From an uncultured bacterium (GTDB taxonomy: Bacteria; Auribacterota; JACPWU01): a DNA stretch of 32,000 nucleotides. Below, in pieces: positions 10,642 to 19,127 of this stretch (its first letter is position 1; each line of letters begins with the position of its first letter). The DNA lies in assembly GCA_964640155.1 (NCBI GenBank), contig CAZXEQ010000002.1, forward strand, positions 150,001 through 182,000, written 5' to 3'. The notes beneath the pieces are model-generated. The model had not been told where the DNA came from and made no database searches. It saw only the letters and a program-made list of their open reading frames with translations. The translations under genes were made by a program, and so were the position numbers.

Positions 10642-10785
10642 TTACTTCTTAGGAAGAATCTTAAACATACCCGTACCACAACTTGGGCATTTGCCTTGGG
10701 CCGCCTTCTTACCATTTTTCATAACTACTTCTTTAACATCTGTCATTTCTTTCTTTGCCTTACACTTTACGCAATAGCCTTCCAT
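10642..10785 (-). CDS. 47-aa zinc-ribbon protein (DUF5679-like), absent from the ORF track
   Basis: Translation is MEGYCVKCKAKKEMTDVKEVVMKNGKKAAQGKCPSCGTGMFKILPKK. It has a CxxC...CxxC pair, SD GGAGGAATC before the ATG, and its own terminator. Confidence 0.65.
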   Translation of the reverse strand: MEGYCVKCKAKKEMTDVKEVVMKNGKKAAQGKCPSCGTGMFKILPKK

Positions 10786-10873
10786 GATTCCTCCGTTCTT
10801 TTTAAAGTCCGAAATCCACTCCTGCCTCGTTTAATCCTACTTTTTTAACTAGAACTTTGTCAAACGTTAAAAC

Positions 10874-10953
10874 AGAGCTAAGGGCTAAGTGGTAAGAGCT
10901 AGAAAAATAATCGTCTTTGGTTTTTATCTTTTTAACTCTTAGCCCTTAACTCT
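10874..10953 (-). terminator. Long hairpin immediately 3' of the LysM-OMP gene, sharing its stem sequence with the 10571-10630 hairpin
   Basis: AGAGCTAAGGGCTAAG (10874-10889) pairs with CTTAGCCCTTAACTCT (10938-10953): 16 bp with one mismatch and a ~48-nt loop. The core TAAGGGCTAAG is the same as in the neighbouring terminator. Confidence 0.5.
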
Positions 10954-10955
10954 TT

Positions 10956-12080
10956 TTAAAACTTTAATCTACCTCCTAACATGGGACCTTGAAGCTTAAC
11001 CTCTCCAGAATTATCCCCCTCTTCCACTTTTAAAAAGAGATATCGATAGTCAGCAGACAATTCTAAAACATCCCAAAAGGTATAAGAAATACCAGCTTGA
11101 ATATCAAAAACATCTGCCTCTACATCACTGATTTCAAAACTCATGCCTCGTATTCGAGCGTGAGCTTCTAAATTTTCTGTGAGGTTAAATCCTGCCTGAA
11201 CACCTAAAGTAGCAGTTCCCGCATCTAAAGTAGCACTCACCTCACCAACCAAATCATCAGAGAGCTGACCATCCAGATGAATGTATTCACCCCCTATAGC
11301 TACGCCCAAATATCCCCAATCTCCATTAAAAGGATTAATCTCAACCCAACCACTGAAGCGATCCACATCTAATTCACCTCTAACCGTATCTAAAATATCA
11401 AAAACATAACCATCAAAAACAATGATTTCATCTATCACATGACTACCTTCAACTCCGGCTGTCATATATTCTCCCTGAAATTTCAACCAAGATAAAGGTT
11501 GAATCCAAACAGAAACAACAGGAATACCAACCATATCATCAACCCCCACATCATTAACCAGATCAATCTCTGTTCCAAGAATCCCTGGCACAGAAATTCG
11601 AGCATCTGCTTCTAAAAACGCAAACCACCAAGCTAAACCCACACCTATAAACTTTCTTCTTTTTTCATTTTCAGAATTGTCCACAGGAACAGGAGTAGAA
11701 ACAACCATCTCTGATGAAGGAGAAGATATTGCTTCTTCCTCCATTAAAATAGGCTCGGCCTCTTCTAAATCTTCATCTACTTGAGGAGCAGCTCCCACAG
11801 GAGCAGGAGGAGGAATATATTTAGGTTTAGACACAGGTACAACAGAGGGCTTAGAAACAACCAGAATCTGTCCTATACGTAAACGATTTTTATTCTGAAT
11901 ATGATTCATTTCAGCAAGTTCTCCTACTGAAACACCATAACGTCGGGCAATGCCATATAAAGTATCACCTTTTTTAACAACATACGTATCCACTGTTTCT
12001 TTCTGGACTTGCGCTTTTACCGAAACAGGCAGCACAAAAAAACAAATCAAAAGTAATAAAAAACTCATCGTTTTTTTCAT
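10956..12080 (-). CDS. LysM-domain outer-membrane protein (signal peptide, LysM, Pro-rich linker, beta-barrel-like C-terminus ending in Phe)
   Basis: The start at ATG 12080 gives MKKTMSFLLLLICFFVLPVSVKA, with SD GAGGAA upstream. The LysM motif is YVVKKGDTLYGIARRYGVSVGELAEMN. The C-terminal half has alternating hydrophobic residues and ends in GGRLKF, as in OMP beta-signals. Confidence 0.8.
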   Translation of the reverse strand: MKKTMSFLLLLICFFVLPVSVKAQVQKETVDTYVVKKGDTLYGIARRYGVSVGELAEMNHIQNKNRLRIGQILVVSKPSVVPVSKPKYIPPPAPVGAAPQVDEDLEEAEPILMEEEAISSPSSEMVVSTPVPVDNSENEKRRKFIGVGLAWWFAFLEADARISVPGILGTEIDLVNDVGVDDMVGIPVVSVWIQPLSWLKFQGEYMTAGVEGSHVIDEIIVFDGYVFDILDTVRGELDVDRFSGWVEINPFNGDWGYLGVAIGGEYIHLDGQLSDDLVGEVSATLDAGTATLGVQAGFNLTENLEAHARIRGMSFEISDVEADVFDIQAGISYTFWDVLELSADYRYLFLKVEEGDNSGEVKLQGPMLGGRLKF

Positions 12081-12096
12081 AGTAGTATTCCTCGCT

Positions 12097-14313
12097 TTAA
12101 AAAAGATTAAAGGGTGATTTTTTGCTTTCCCCATCACCTGCATTACTTTTGCTTTCACCGCCAAAAAGTCCCTTTAAGGGATTATTTTGAGAACTTGTCC
12201 CTGCTGGTTCTGCATTGGAAGATTCTGTTGAAGAAGATTTTCCTCCTCCTAAAAGCTGACTAAGAGGATTAGATCTCTCTTCTCCTTCTTGACCCCCTTC
12301 CTTCTTTTGTCCTAAAAGACTCCCTAACTTATCCCCCAATTGCCCCTTAGCCAAAGAAGAAACAAGCGCTGCGATATCAGGCAATACCACAGGCTTATCC
12401 AAAGGTCCGGTGATTTGAACTGGAATGAGCAAACCTTCGTCTTCCATCGGTAAAACTGAAGATTTCTTACCTTGTAACATCTTTTCAGTGAACTCTTTTG
12501 AAAAAACGACTTGTGTTTGAATATTGGACTGAAGAGCAAAATCAACAGATCCTTTCCCGCGAAACTGAAAATCTTCAGATGTTAAATTTACCTTTTCCAA
12601 ATTAATACGTCCTCTCCCGATGGAAAGATCAACCACAAAATCCTTAAAAGGAGTGACATTTTCTTGAGTTTTCGCTTCCTCTTGCATTTGAGCCAGTCCT
12701 GGTAGAACACTTGCAAGCAAAGGATTATTGAGTTTCAACAAAACCTCGCTCTTGAGATTTTTGCCTACCAATTCCCCTTCTTTTACCTCCAAATTAGCTT
12801 TCCCACTTAAAGCTTTTTCAAGATCTCTGCGCTCAAAACCTGCGCCTTGAATTTGCGCTTGTCCTGTCAGAACCCCTCGTATCTTTTCTTCTCCTAAATT
12901 TGCAACTGAAAGCTTCTCTAATTTCAATCCTTGAAGACGTGAATCAAAATCATATTGCAATTTTGGATTTTGAAGATTGACACGTCCTGAACCTTCCATA
13001 CTTCCATCAGATGTATTAAGAGAGAATTTTTCGAAAGACAAAACTCCCTTTTCTAGTAAAGCCTTGAGTGTTACATCCGTCAAAACATTTTTCTTCGCAG
13101 TAACATTTTTTAAATTCGCTTCGAAAGTGCCTTGAGCTTTCTGAAATGACTGATTGTTTGCCAGAGGATTTTCAGAAGCAGAAGAACGTGCGCCTGAAGA
13201 AGAAGTCGATGTAGATGACTCCGCTTTCACCGGAGTTTTAGAAACTTTTTCAGAAGTTTGGGATGAAACCAGCATAAAATCATCTAAATCTAATTTTTCC
13301 GAAGCCAAATTAAATTTAAATTGAGGAGCTTCACCATTTGAGAACTCTCCCGTAAGAAGAAGATCTGAATTCCCCAACTGAAGATTCAACTCATTCAAAA
13401 TAAATTGACTAGGCTTTTTCCAATTGAGTTCCCCCTTCAAACTTAAATTCTTACCAGAAGGCATTAGTTGAAAGGTCAATTTCCCTTTCGCAGTTAAAAC
13501 ATCTGTCTTACCTTGAACATGTCCATCAAAATTCAATTCTTCAAAACTTCCATTCTGCCAGGTATCTGCCGCAACAATGCCGTTCAAATCTTTTGCACTA
13601 AAATGTTCCAAAGAAGTGTCCAGTTCAGCTTCCAGTGTAGCGAGATTCCCTAAAGATCCAACTTTACCTTTGAAAGAAAACTCAGATTTTTCTCCAATTT
13701 TTCCTGACAAATCGATAGAACACCCTTTAACTAATGAGAAATCACGAATATTCAAATTGACATCATGGAGGCGAAAAACAATTGCTTCTCCCGAAGCTTG
13801 TTTTTTCTCAGAAGTCAATTCGGCATTCTTAATCTGAATCAAATCGATTGAAACATCTGGTTTGGAAGTTTGAGTTTCTTCAGGCACTTGCTCTTCTTCT
13901 TTTTGTTCAGAAGTAGCTCCAGGAGAAGAAACCTTCATTAAACTTGAAAAATTATAAGTCCCCTCGCTTTTCTCAATCACGTTTAATTTAGGATGATTTA
14001 AAATAATTGCTTGAATAATTACTTTTTTGCTTAAGAGAGGGAAAAGTTTTGCACGAACTTGAAGGCCTGCCAAACTTGCAAAAACATTTTCAGAATTTTC
14101 TTCATAAATCATTAAGTCTTTAAGATTAAGACCAATAGAAGGAACAACACTCACACTTAAACCTGACAGAGAAATTTTTCGGCCTAATTTTTCACTTAAA
14201 ATCGTTGTTACTTTTTCTCGAACAAAGGGACGATTCACCATGAACTGTGCGACAAAAAAAAGACCCGCCAATAAAATAACGAAAATAATGGAAAGACGAA
14301 CAAGAATTTTCAT
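12097..14313 (-). CDS. AsmA-family protein
   Basis: 738-aa ORF with an N-terminal anchor MKILVRLSIIFVILLAGLFFVA. The rest is repetitive beta-rich sequence typical of AsmA-like proteins, with a low-complexity Gly/Ser C-terminus. Confidence 0.75.
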   Translation of the reverse strand: MKILVRLSIIFVILLAGLFFVAQFMVNRPFVREKVTTILSEKLGRKISLSGLSVSVVPSIGLNLKDLMIYEENSENVFASLAGLQVRAKLFPLLSKKVIIQAIILNHPKLNVIEKSEGTYNFSSLMKVSSPGATSEQKEEEQVPEETQTSKPDVSIDLIQIKNAELTSEKKQASGEAIVFRLHDVNLNIRDFSLVKGCSIDLSGKIGEKSEFSFKGKVGSLGNLATLEAELDTSLEHFSAKDLNGIVAADTWQNGSFEELNFDGHVQGKTDVLTAKGKLTFQLMPSGKNLSLKGELNWKKPSQFILNELNLQLGNSDLLLTGEFSNGEAPQFKFNLASEKLDLDDFMLVSSQTSEKVSKTPVKAESSTSTSSSGARSSASENPLANNQSFQKAQGTFEANLKNVTAKKNVLTDVTLKALLEKGVLSFEKFSLNTSDGSMEGSGRVNLQNPKLQYDFDSRLQGLKLEKLSVANLGEEKIRGVLTGQAQIQGAGFERRDLEKALSGKANLEVKEGELVGKNLKSEVLLKLNNPLLASVLPGLAQMQEEAKTQENVTPFKDFVVDLSIGRGRINLEKVNLTSEDFQFRGKGSVDFALQSNIQTQVVFSKEFTEKMLQGKKSSVLPMEDEGLLIPVQITGPLDKPVVLPDIAALVSSLAKGQLGDKLGSLLGQKKEGGQEGEERSNPLSQLLGGGKSSSTESSNAEPAGTSSQNNPLKGLFGGESKSNAGDGESKKSPFNLF

Positions 14314-14477
14314 GAATCCCCCCCTAAATTTTTTAAAACTTTAAAATAAAAATAAATTTAAGAAAATTCTGACGTTTTAATGAAGAAGATGCAAGAGGAT
14401 AATTTAAATAAACTTAAATCGCAAAGCGCAAACTACAGAGGAGGAAACTCAAAATTAAGAAATGTTCAATTTATTTT

Positions 14478-15512
14478 TTATGATTTGACCCAACCCAAAG
14501 CACTCGCTAGAGATCGAACAGATTTTCGAAAACTAGTCACAGAGTCATTGACCGCTGTAGGCTCATATCCCGAGTGAACCATGCAATTCTCACATTTTGG
14601 ATTACCACTTTTATGGCCGTACTTCGACCATTCTGTGGCCTCCAAGAGTTCTTGGAAGGTTTCTGCATAGCCTGCCTCTGCCATTAAGTAGCATGGCTTC
14701 TGCCAACCTAAAACACTGTAATTAGGATTCCCCCAAGGCGTACATTCATAATCTTGTTTGCCCATTAAGAATTCTAAATAAAAAGGAGAATGATTAAATT
14801 TCCAACGTTTTCTTAAAGAAGATCCATTGGCATTGAGAATGTTCGAAAAAAGTTTTTGAGTTTGTCCTCTTTTAAGAAAATGTTCTTGATCCGGCGCCTT
14901 TTCATAAGCATAACCTGGAGAAACCATCATCCCATCTACTTCAAGTTCAGTGAGTTTATCAAAAAGATTAATGATTTCCTGAGGATCGGTTCCGTCAAAA
15001 ACGGTTGTGTTGGTCGTCACGCGAAAACCTTTGCTTTTTGCAACCTGTATCGCATTGACTGCTTGTTTAAAAACACCTTTGCGATCAACCGCTTTGTCAT
15101 GAAGATTTTCCAGACCATCCATATGAACGCTAAAGGTCAAATAAACAGAAGGTTTAAATTTGTGAATGTGTTTTTCAAGAAGAATGGCATTGGTGCAAAG
15201 ATAAATAAATTTTTTACGTTCGATCAAACCCTGAATAATTTCTTCAATTTGAGGATGTAAAAGAGGTTCTCCACCAGCAACTGAAACAATAGGAACGCCG
15301 CACTCTTCGACCGCATGAAAACATTGTTCGGGTGTTAAATTTTTTCTTAAAATATCGGCTGGATATTGAATCTTTCCACAACCAGGACAGGCCAAATTAC
15401 ATCGAAAAAGAGGTTCCAACATCAAAACCAAAGGATAGCGCTTCCTTTTCTGCAAGCGCTGTTTTAAAACATATCCACCTACTTTTGCAATTTGTCGAAT
15501 TGGAACTCCCAC
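14478..15512 (-). CDS. hpnH: Radical SAM adenosyl-hopene transferase
   Basis: [22 protein letters not shown] is the CxxxCxxC radical SAM motif. There is extended by-eye similarity to HpnH through the C-terminal Cys cluster ([12 protein letters not shown]). GTG start with GAAGGGG upstream. Confidence 0.85.
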   Translation of the reverse strand: MGVPIRQIAKVGGYVLKQRLQKRKRYPLVLMLEPLFRCNLACPGCGKIQYPADILRKNLTPEQCFHAVEECGVPIVSVAGGEPLLHPQIEEIIQGLIERKKFIYLCTNAILLEKHIHKFKPSVYLTFSVHMDGLENLHDKAVDRKGVFKQAVNAIQVAKSKGFRVTTNTTVFDGTDPQEIINLFDKLTELEVDGMMVSPGYAYEKAPDQEHFLKRGQTQKLFSNILNANGSSLRKRWKFNHSPFYLEFLMGKQDYECTPWGNPNYSVLGWQKPCYLMAEAGYAETFQELLEATEWSKYGHKSGNPKCENCMVHSGYEPTAVNDSVTSFRKSVRSLASALGWVKS

Positions 15513-15612
15513 AGAACACCCCTTCTATAATATGATAGGCAACACTTTATCTATAATCTAAATCATAGTCAACGCTAGAATCCGTTATTGCATTACTACA
15601 TATTGTATAAAG

Positions 15613-15755
15613 AAGTGTGTCCTTTACAAGCGGGTGACACTCGGCGGGGAGCCCCCGCCGCGCGCAATTTTTCATGAGCACAGTGGGGCTGACGAGTGGC
15701 AGGCCCCGTTTCTTACCTCATCCTAAAGAACGGCGAAAAGGCCGAGAACACACTT
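15613..15755 (+). repeat. GC-rich structured repeat, copy 1 (full length; candidate ncRNA)
   Basis: The core is CGGGTGACACTCGGCGGGGAGCCCCCGCCG...CAGTGGGGCTGACGAGTGGCAGGCCCCG. A 3' extension carries the CGGCGAAAAGGCCG hairpin. The termini AAGTGTGT/ACACACTT are inverted repeats. Confidence 0.85.
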
Positions 15756-15787
15756 GTAAATCAGGATCTATTACTATGCATTATGGC

Positions 15788-15824
15788 AAAAAAAAGCGCC
15801 TAGGTATGGGGGCAACCTAGGCGC
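15788..15824 (-). terminator. Intrinsic terminator of the Tyr-rich mini-protein gene
   Basis: GCGCCTAGG (15796-15804) pairs with CCTAGGCGC (15816-15824). It is followed on the minus strand by a U8 run (A8 at 15788-15795 on plus). Confidence 0.85.
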
Positions 15825-15845
15825 CGGTACTACGAACAACTGTGT

Positions 15846-16073
15846 TTAGCAGCCGTAATCGTAGTAAACTACAGGGGCTGAATAATAGCCATAATCATAG
15901 TAGTATCGAGGATAACTGTAATAACCTCTGGCTGGACCATAATAAGTCCGATGATATCCTCCCCAAGGACGATAGCAAGATCTACGATAATGATCTGCAT
16001 TGGCTGAGGAAATCATTCCTTCGGAAAAAAGAAGTCCTACGATAGCTATTAACAAAGCAATTGTTTTTTTCAT
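15846..16073 (-). CDS. Small secreted Tyr/Gly/Arg-rich protein
   Basis: ATG 16073 has SD AAGGAGAG. The signal peptide is MKKTIALLIAIVGLLFSEGMISSANA. The ~49-aa mature part is about one-third tyrosine (YYGPARGYYSYPRYYYDYGYY) and has Cys near both ends. Confidence 0.75.
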   Translation of the reverse strand: MKKTIALLIAIVGLLFSEGMISSANADHYRRSCYRPWGGYHRTYYGPARGYYSYPRYYYDYGYYSAPVVYYDYGC

Positions 16074-16312
16074 ATTTTTAACTCTCCTTTCAAGTTCGAG
16101 TTTCATCTACTTTAAGAAGCAGAAAGCATGCCAAAATTCTAAAAAGGCATTTAATTACATTTTAACTATTTGTAATAGAGATAGTTACAACTTTACATAA
16201 AGACATAGCAACTCTACCTTCTTTCCTTCTCTTCTCCATTTTGAAGCACTTTTTCAGATAAAACTGCTTCAAAAAAATTTTAAATCCCCTTTTTAATCAA
16301 AAGATTTATAAT

Positions 16313-16332
16313 CCTTCAATATTTGAAGGAGG
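16313..16332 (+). promoter_or_regulatory. Hairpin partly sequestering the SD of the Rieske gene
   Basis: CCTTCAA (16313-16319), TAT, then TTGAAGG (16323-16329). The 3' arm overlaps SD GAAGGAGG (16325-16332), 9 nt before ATG 16342. Confidence 0.35.
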
Positions 16333-16341
16333 ACGTAAGAT

Positions 16342-16650
16342 ATGAGCCACTATGTGAAATTATCCAATGTAAAAGAAATCTCAGCTGGATCTGGAAAAGC
16401 GATAGAAGTTGAAGGAACTCCTATCGCCCTATTTAATGTAGATGGAAACTTTTATGCAATTTCCAACACTTGTAAGCATCGAGGAGGACCTTTAGGTGAA
16501 GGAAGTTTAGAAGGTCACGAGGTGATGTGTCCATGGCATGGTTGGCAATATGACGTCACAACAGGAGAATGTCCTTCCATTCCGAGTGCCTCTGTCAATA
16601 AATACAATCTCAAAATCGAAGGAGAAGAGATTTTTGTTGAACTCTCTTAA
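16342..16650 (+). CDS. Rieske [2Fe-2S] domain protein (NirD/ferredoxin-like)
   Basis: 102 aa with the CKHRGGPL and CPWHGWQY Rieske ligand motifs, and a strong SD. Confidence 0.88.
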   Translation: MSHYVKLSNVKEISAGSGKAIEVEGTPIALFNVDGNFYAISNTCKHRGGPLGEGSLEGHEVMCPWHGWQYDVTTGECPSIPSASVNKYNLKIEGEEIFVELS

Positions 16651-16662
16651 AACCTATTGAAT

Positions 16663-17682
16663 TTATGAATCATTAAAAGGGATTTCTTTTATTTCAGCAT
16701 GAATGATAAAGGTCCGTTTTGAATCTAAAGTTGAGATCTGATTTTCATCAAAAGGTTGCAATGATCCTTGATATTCTAACCACTTGATCAAAGCGGTGAT
16801 TTCATCTCTATTCTTAAGGATAATACGAAGATCATTTTCTTGTTTAATCAGACTCCCCCCTTTTTCTTCTAAAAACTGTGTTAGTCCATTGACAGCTAAA
16901 TCTTCATCTAAAACAATCCAAATCCATTTTTGTATTTCTTTTTGTGAATCGTTTATAGAGTCAAAAGAAATTGTTTTTTCTTTTTCCGGAAAAGCTCTGG
17001 ATTGCAAGGGAGTTATAGGACTAACAACTGAGCTTTCAGATTTTTGAGTTTCAACCAGTCCTCCTGGGAATGATGAAGCAGGTTTTGCTTCTAAATCTTC
17101 CTGGGAAGCCAAACTCTCGCTCCTTTTCATTTGATCTTTTGAAGTTTCCATCTCTTGAGCAAGAGACACTTGATTCTCAGATGATCTTTCTCGTGGGAGA
17201 GACAAAGACTTTTGAGGAGCAATAGAAGTATTTTCAACAACAGAGACAGGAGATAATTCTTTCTTTTCCAGCAAATCAAAATCTTCTTCTTTTTCTGAAG
17301 ATGCCCCAGTCCCCACAAATTCTTTTATAATCACAGGCCCCTTGGGGACAGGATGGCGCGGAAGCATTTCGTGAAATATAAAAAATCCAACGATTAAAAG
17401 AGCCGCTAACTGAATAGGAATCATAAGCCGTCGAGAAAGAAAAATGTTTTTAACTTTTTCTTCTCCTTTCAAACGCTTCTGAACAGTCTGAGCAAAACCA
17501 GTAGAAGCATGTACTTGCGAAAGGGTTTTAACTCCCTTTAAAAGCTTTTGAGATTTTTCAAGAAGGATTCGACAGGTTTCACACTGGTTCAAATGTTCTT
17601 CAAAAGCTTTTCTTTCTTCCCCTAAAAGCTCTTGATCTAAATAGGCATCTATTTTTTGAACAATATCCTTACAAGAGATCAT
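16663..17682 (-). CDS. Anti-sigma factor (zf-HC2 type) with one TM helix and a long low-complexity extracytoplasmic region
   Basis: N-terminal HLNQCETCRILLE is an HxxxCxxC motif. The TM helix is LMIPIQLAALLIVGFFIF. An ATGA overlap couples it to the upstream ECF sigma gene. Confidence 0.8.
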   Translation of the reverse strand: MISCKDIVQKIDAYLDQELLGEERKAFEEHLNQCETCRILLEKSQKLLKGVKTLSQVHASTGFAQTVQKRLKGEEKVKNIFLSRRLMIPIQLAALLIVGFFIFHEMLPRHPVPKGPVIIKEFVGTGASSEKEEDFDLLEKKELSPVSVVENTSIAPQKSLSLPRERSSENQVSLAQEMETSKDQMKRSESLASQEDLEAKPASSFPGGLVETQKSESSVVSPITPLQSRAFPEKEKTISFDSINDSQKEIQKWIWIVLDEDLAVNGLTQFLEEKGGSLIKQENDLRIILKNRDEITALIKWLEYQGSLQPFDENQISTLDSKRTFIIHAEIKEIPFNDS

Positions 17683-18266
17683 AAATGCTCCTTGAGCAAT
17701 TCTCTCAAACTCTTTCTTGCTCGTGAAAGCCTAGATTTCACTGTTCCCACATTCAAAGATAAAACTTTTGCAATTTCTTCATAAGAGAGCTCCTGCATAT
17801 CTCTTAAAACAATCACTTCTCGAAACTCGGCATCCAATTTTTTCAAACCCTCATCAATGGCTTCCAACATCTCTTTAGAAATAGCCTGCTCTCTGGACAA
17901 AGGAGCTTCATCGACAGGATCTATTTCAAACTCCCCCTCTTCATCCGAATATTTTGAAAAAGAAACCCAGGACCGCAATTTCTTCCATCGAAGCTTGCTC
18001 TTGGCCAAATTGATGGCAATGCGATAAAGCCATGTTGAAAATTTTGCATCTCCTCTAAAACTTTCTAAACTTCTAAAAGCCTTCACAAAAGCCTCTTGCG
18101 CCATGTCTTGGGCTTCTTCAAAATCTCTCAAAATCTGAAATACAACAGACACGATGTGGTCCTGATATTTCAACACAAGTTGATTAAAAGCTTCCAAATC
18201 TCCTCTTTTGGCAGCCTCTACCCAAGTTTTTTCTTGAAGCAGATCTTGTATTCGAGCCTCATCCAT
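17679..18266 (-). CDS. ECF-family RNA polymerase sigma factor
   Basis: 195 aa with region 2 (FSTWLYRIAINLAKS) and region 4 HTH (SYEEIAKVLSLNVGTVKSRLSRARKSL). Confidence 0.9.
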   Translation of the reverse strand: MDEARIQDLLQEKTWVEAAKRGDLEAFNQLVLKYQDHIVSVVFQILRDFEEAQDMAQEAFVKAFRSLESFRGDAKFSTWLYRIAINLAKSKLRWKKLRSWVSFSKYSDEEGEFEIDPVDEAPLSREQAISKEMLEAIDEGLKKLDAEFREVIVLRDMQELSYEEIAKVLSLNVGTVKSRLSRARKSLRELLKEHL

Positions 18267-18358
18267 TTATTTAGACGCCTTTTATCAGCAAAAGTTCCAA
18301 GCATTTTACTAAAAATAATGGGTTAGGTAACAATTTACTGTTTTTTGATCCCGTATCT

Positions 18359-18520
18359 AAAAGTGTATCTTTGGGCTTTTCGCCATCCTTGTAGGATTAG
18401 GTAAGAAACGGGTCCTGCCACTCGTCAGCCCCACCGTCCTCGCTTCAAAGCTGCGGGCGGCGGGGGGCTCCCCGCCGAGTAGCACCCGTATTGTAAAGGA
18501 CCTGCTTTTTACACACGATC
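18359..18520 (-). repeat. GC-rich structured repeat, copy 2 (full length; candidate ncRNA)
   Basis: The reverse complement matches copies 1 and 5 over the core and 3' extension (GGCGAAAAGCC). The 5' flank GATCGTGTGTAAAAAG is shared with copy 3. It lies between the divergent ECF sigma gene and the 18622 operon. Confidence 0.85.
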
Positions 18521-18621
18521 TGTTTTTAGGGAACTTTTTCATAAGCCTTGCGTCTAAGTAAGTAGAAATCAAACTTATGTATTTGATACTATTTATGCAA
18601 ATCTAACAGGAGGAAAATGAA

Positions 18622-19092
18622 ATGAACAAAATAAGGGTTACACAATTTATTCTACCTCTATTTTTTCTTGCAATATTTTCTTTCTGTAAAGCAGACGATA
18701 TTCCAAAAACTTTTCCTTCAGAACAAGAAGCTTACAATTTACTCCTAAATGATAAAACTTTTAGCCTTACTGGAGCAGGCATTGCGTTTACTCCACTTAA
18801 ACAAGTTGATGCAATGAAAAATATTCTCGCATCTCCTCATTCTACAGAACAGTTGATTTCACTTTATGAAAAAGGATCTGCTGTTGCAAAACTTTATTCC
18901 TTAACAGGACTTTGGTATTCGAACAAAGAAGAATATCTTTCTAGGGTCGGGAAAGTAAAAAAAGAGAATCCTAACATTCCTGTATGTATGGGAGGCTGTA
19001 CCATGGGAACTTTTCAGCAAACATCTGTAGAAGTCATTAAAAACATTGAAACAAATTATTTCGATGAGTTTTTTCGAAAAAAATCTAAATAA
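18622..19092 (+). CDS. Small exported protein, unknown function
   Basis: SD AGGAGGA precedes the start. The signal peptide is MNKIRVTQFILPLFFLAIFSFCKA. It is the first gene of the operon with the 19128 and 20671 genes. Confidence 0.75.
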   Translation: MNKIRVTQFILPLFFLAIFSFCKADDIPKTFPSEQEAYNLLLNDKTFSLTGAGIAFTPLKQVDAMKNILASPHSTEQLISLYEKGSAVAKLYSLTGLWYSNKEEYLSRVGKVKKENPNIPVCMGGCTMGTFQQTSVEVIKNIETNYFDEFFRKKSK

Positions 19093-19127
19093 AAAGAGTT
19101 AACTATAAGATCATAAGGAGAAACAAA

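Noticed and set aside
15688-15740. Hammerhead-ribozyme-like signature inside the GC-rich repeat (CUGACGAG ... CGAAA).
   Set aside because: Copy 5 reads CUGACAAG, which breaks the invariant G8. The CGAG of the motif is part of helix P2, which is supported by compensatory changes. No U-H cleavage-site context flanks a plausible stem I or stem III.
14380-16200. Track ORFs 14380..14577, 15842..16045 and 16000..16200.
   Set aside because: They overlap the hpnH 3' end or are antisense to the Tyr-rich gene. They have no SD, and their translations are low-complexity.
18357-18572. Track ORFs overlapping the GC-rich repeats (18357..18572 -, 24708..24908 +, 28978..29193 -).
   Set aside because: They lie in different frames and on different strands relative to the repeat orientation. 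They have no SD. They are explained by the stop-poor GC-rich repeat sequence.
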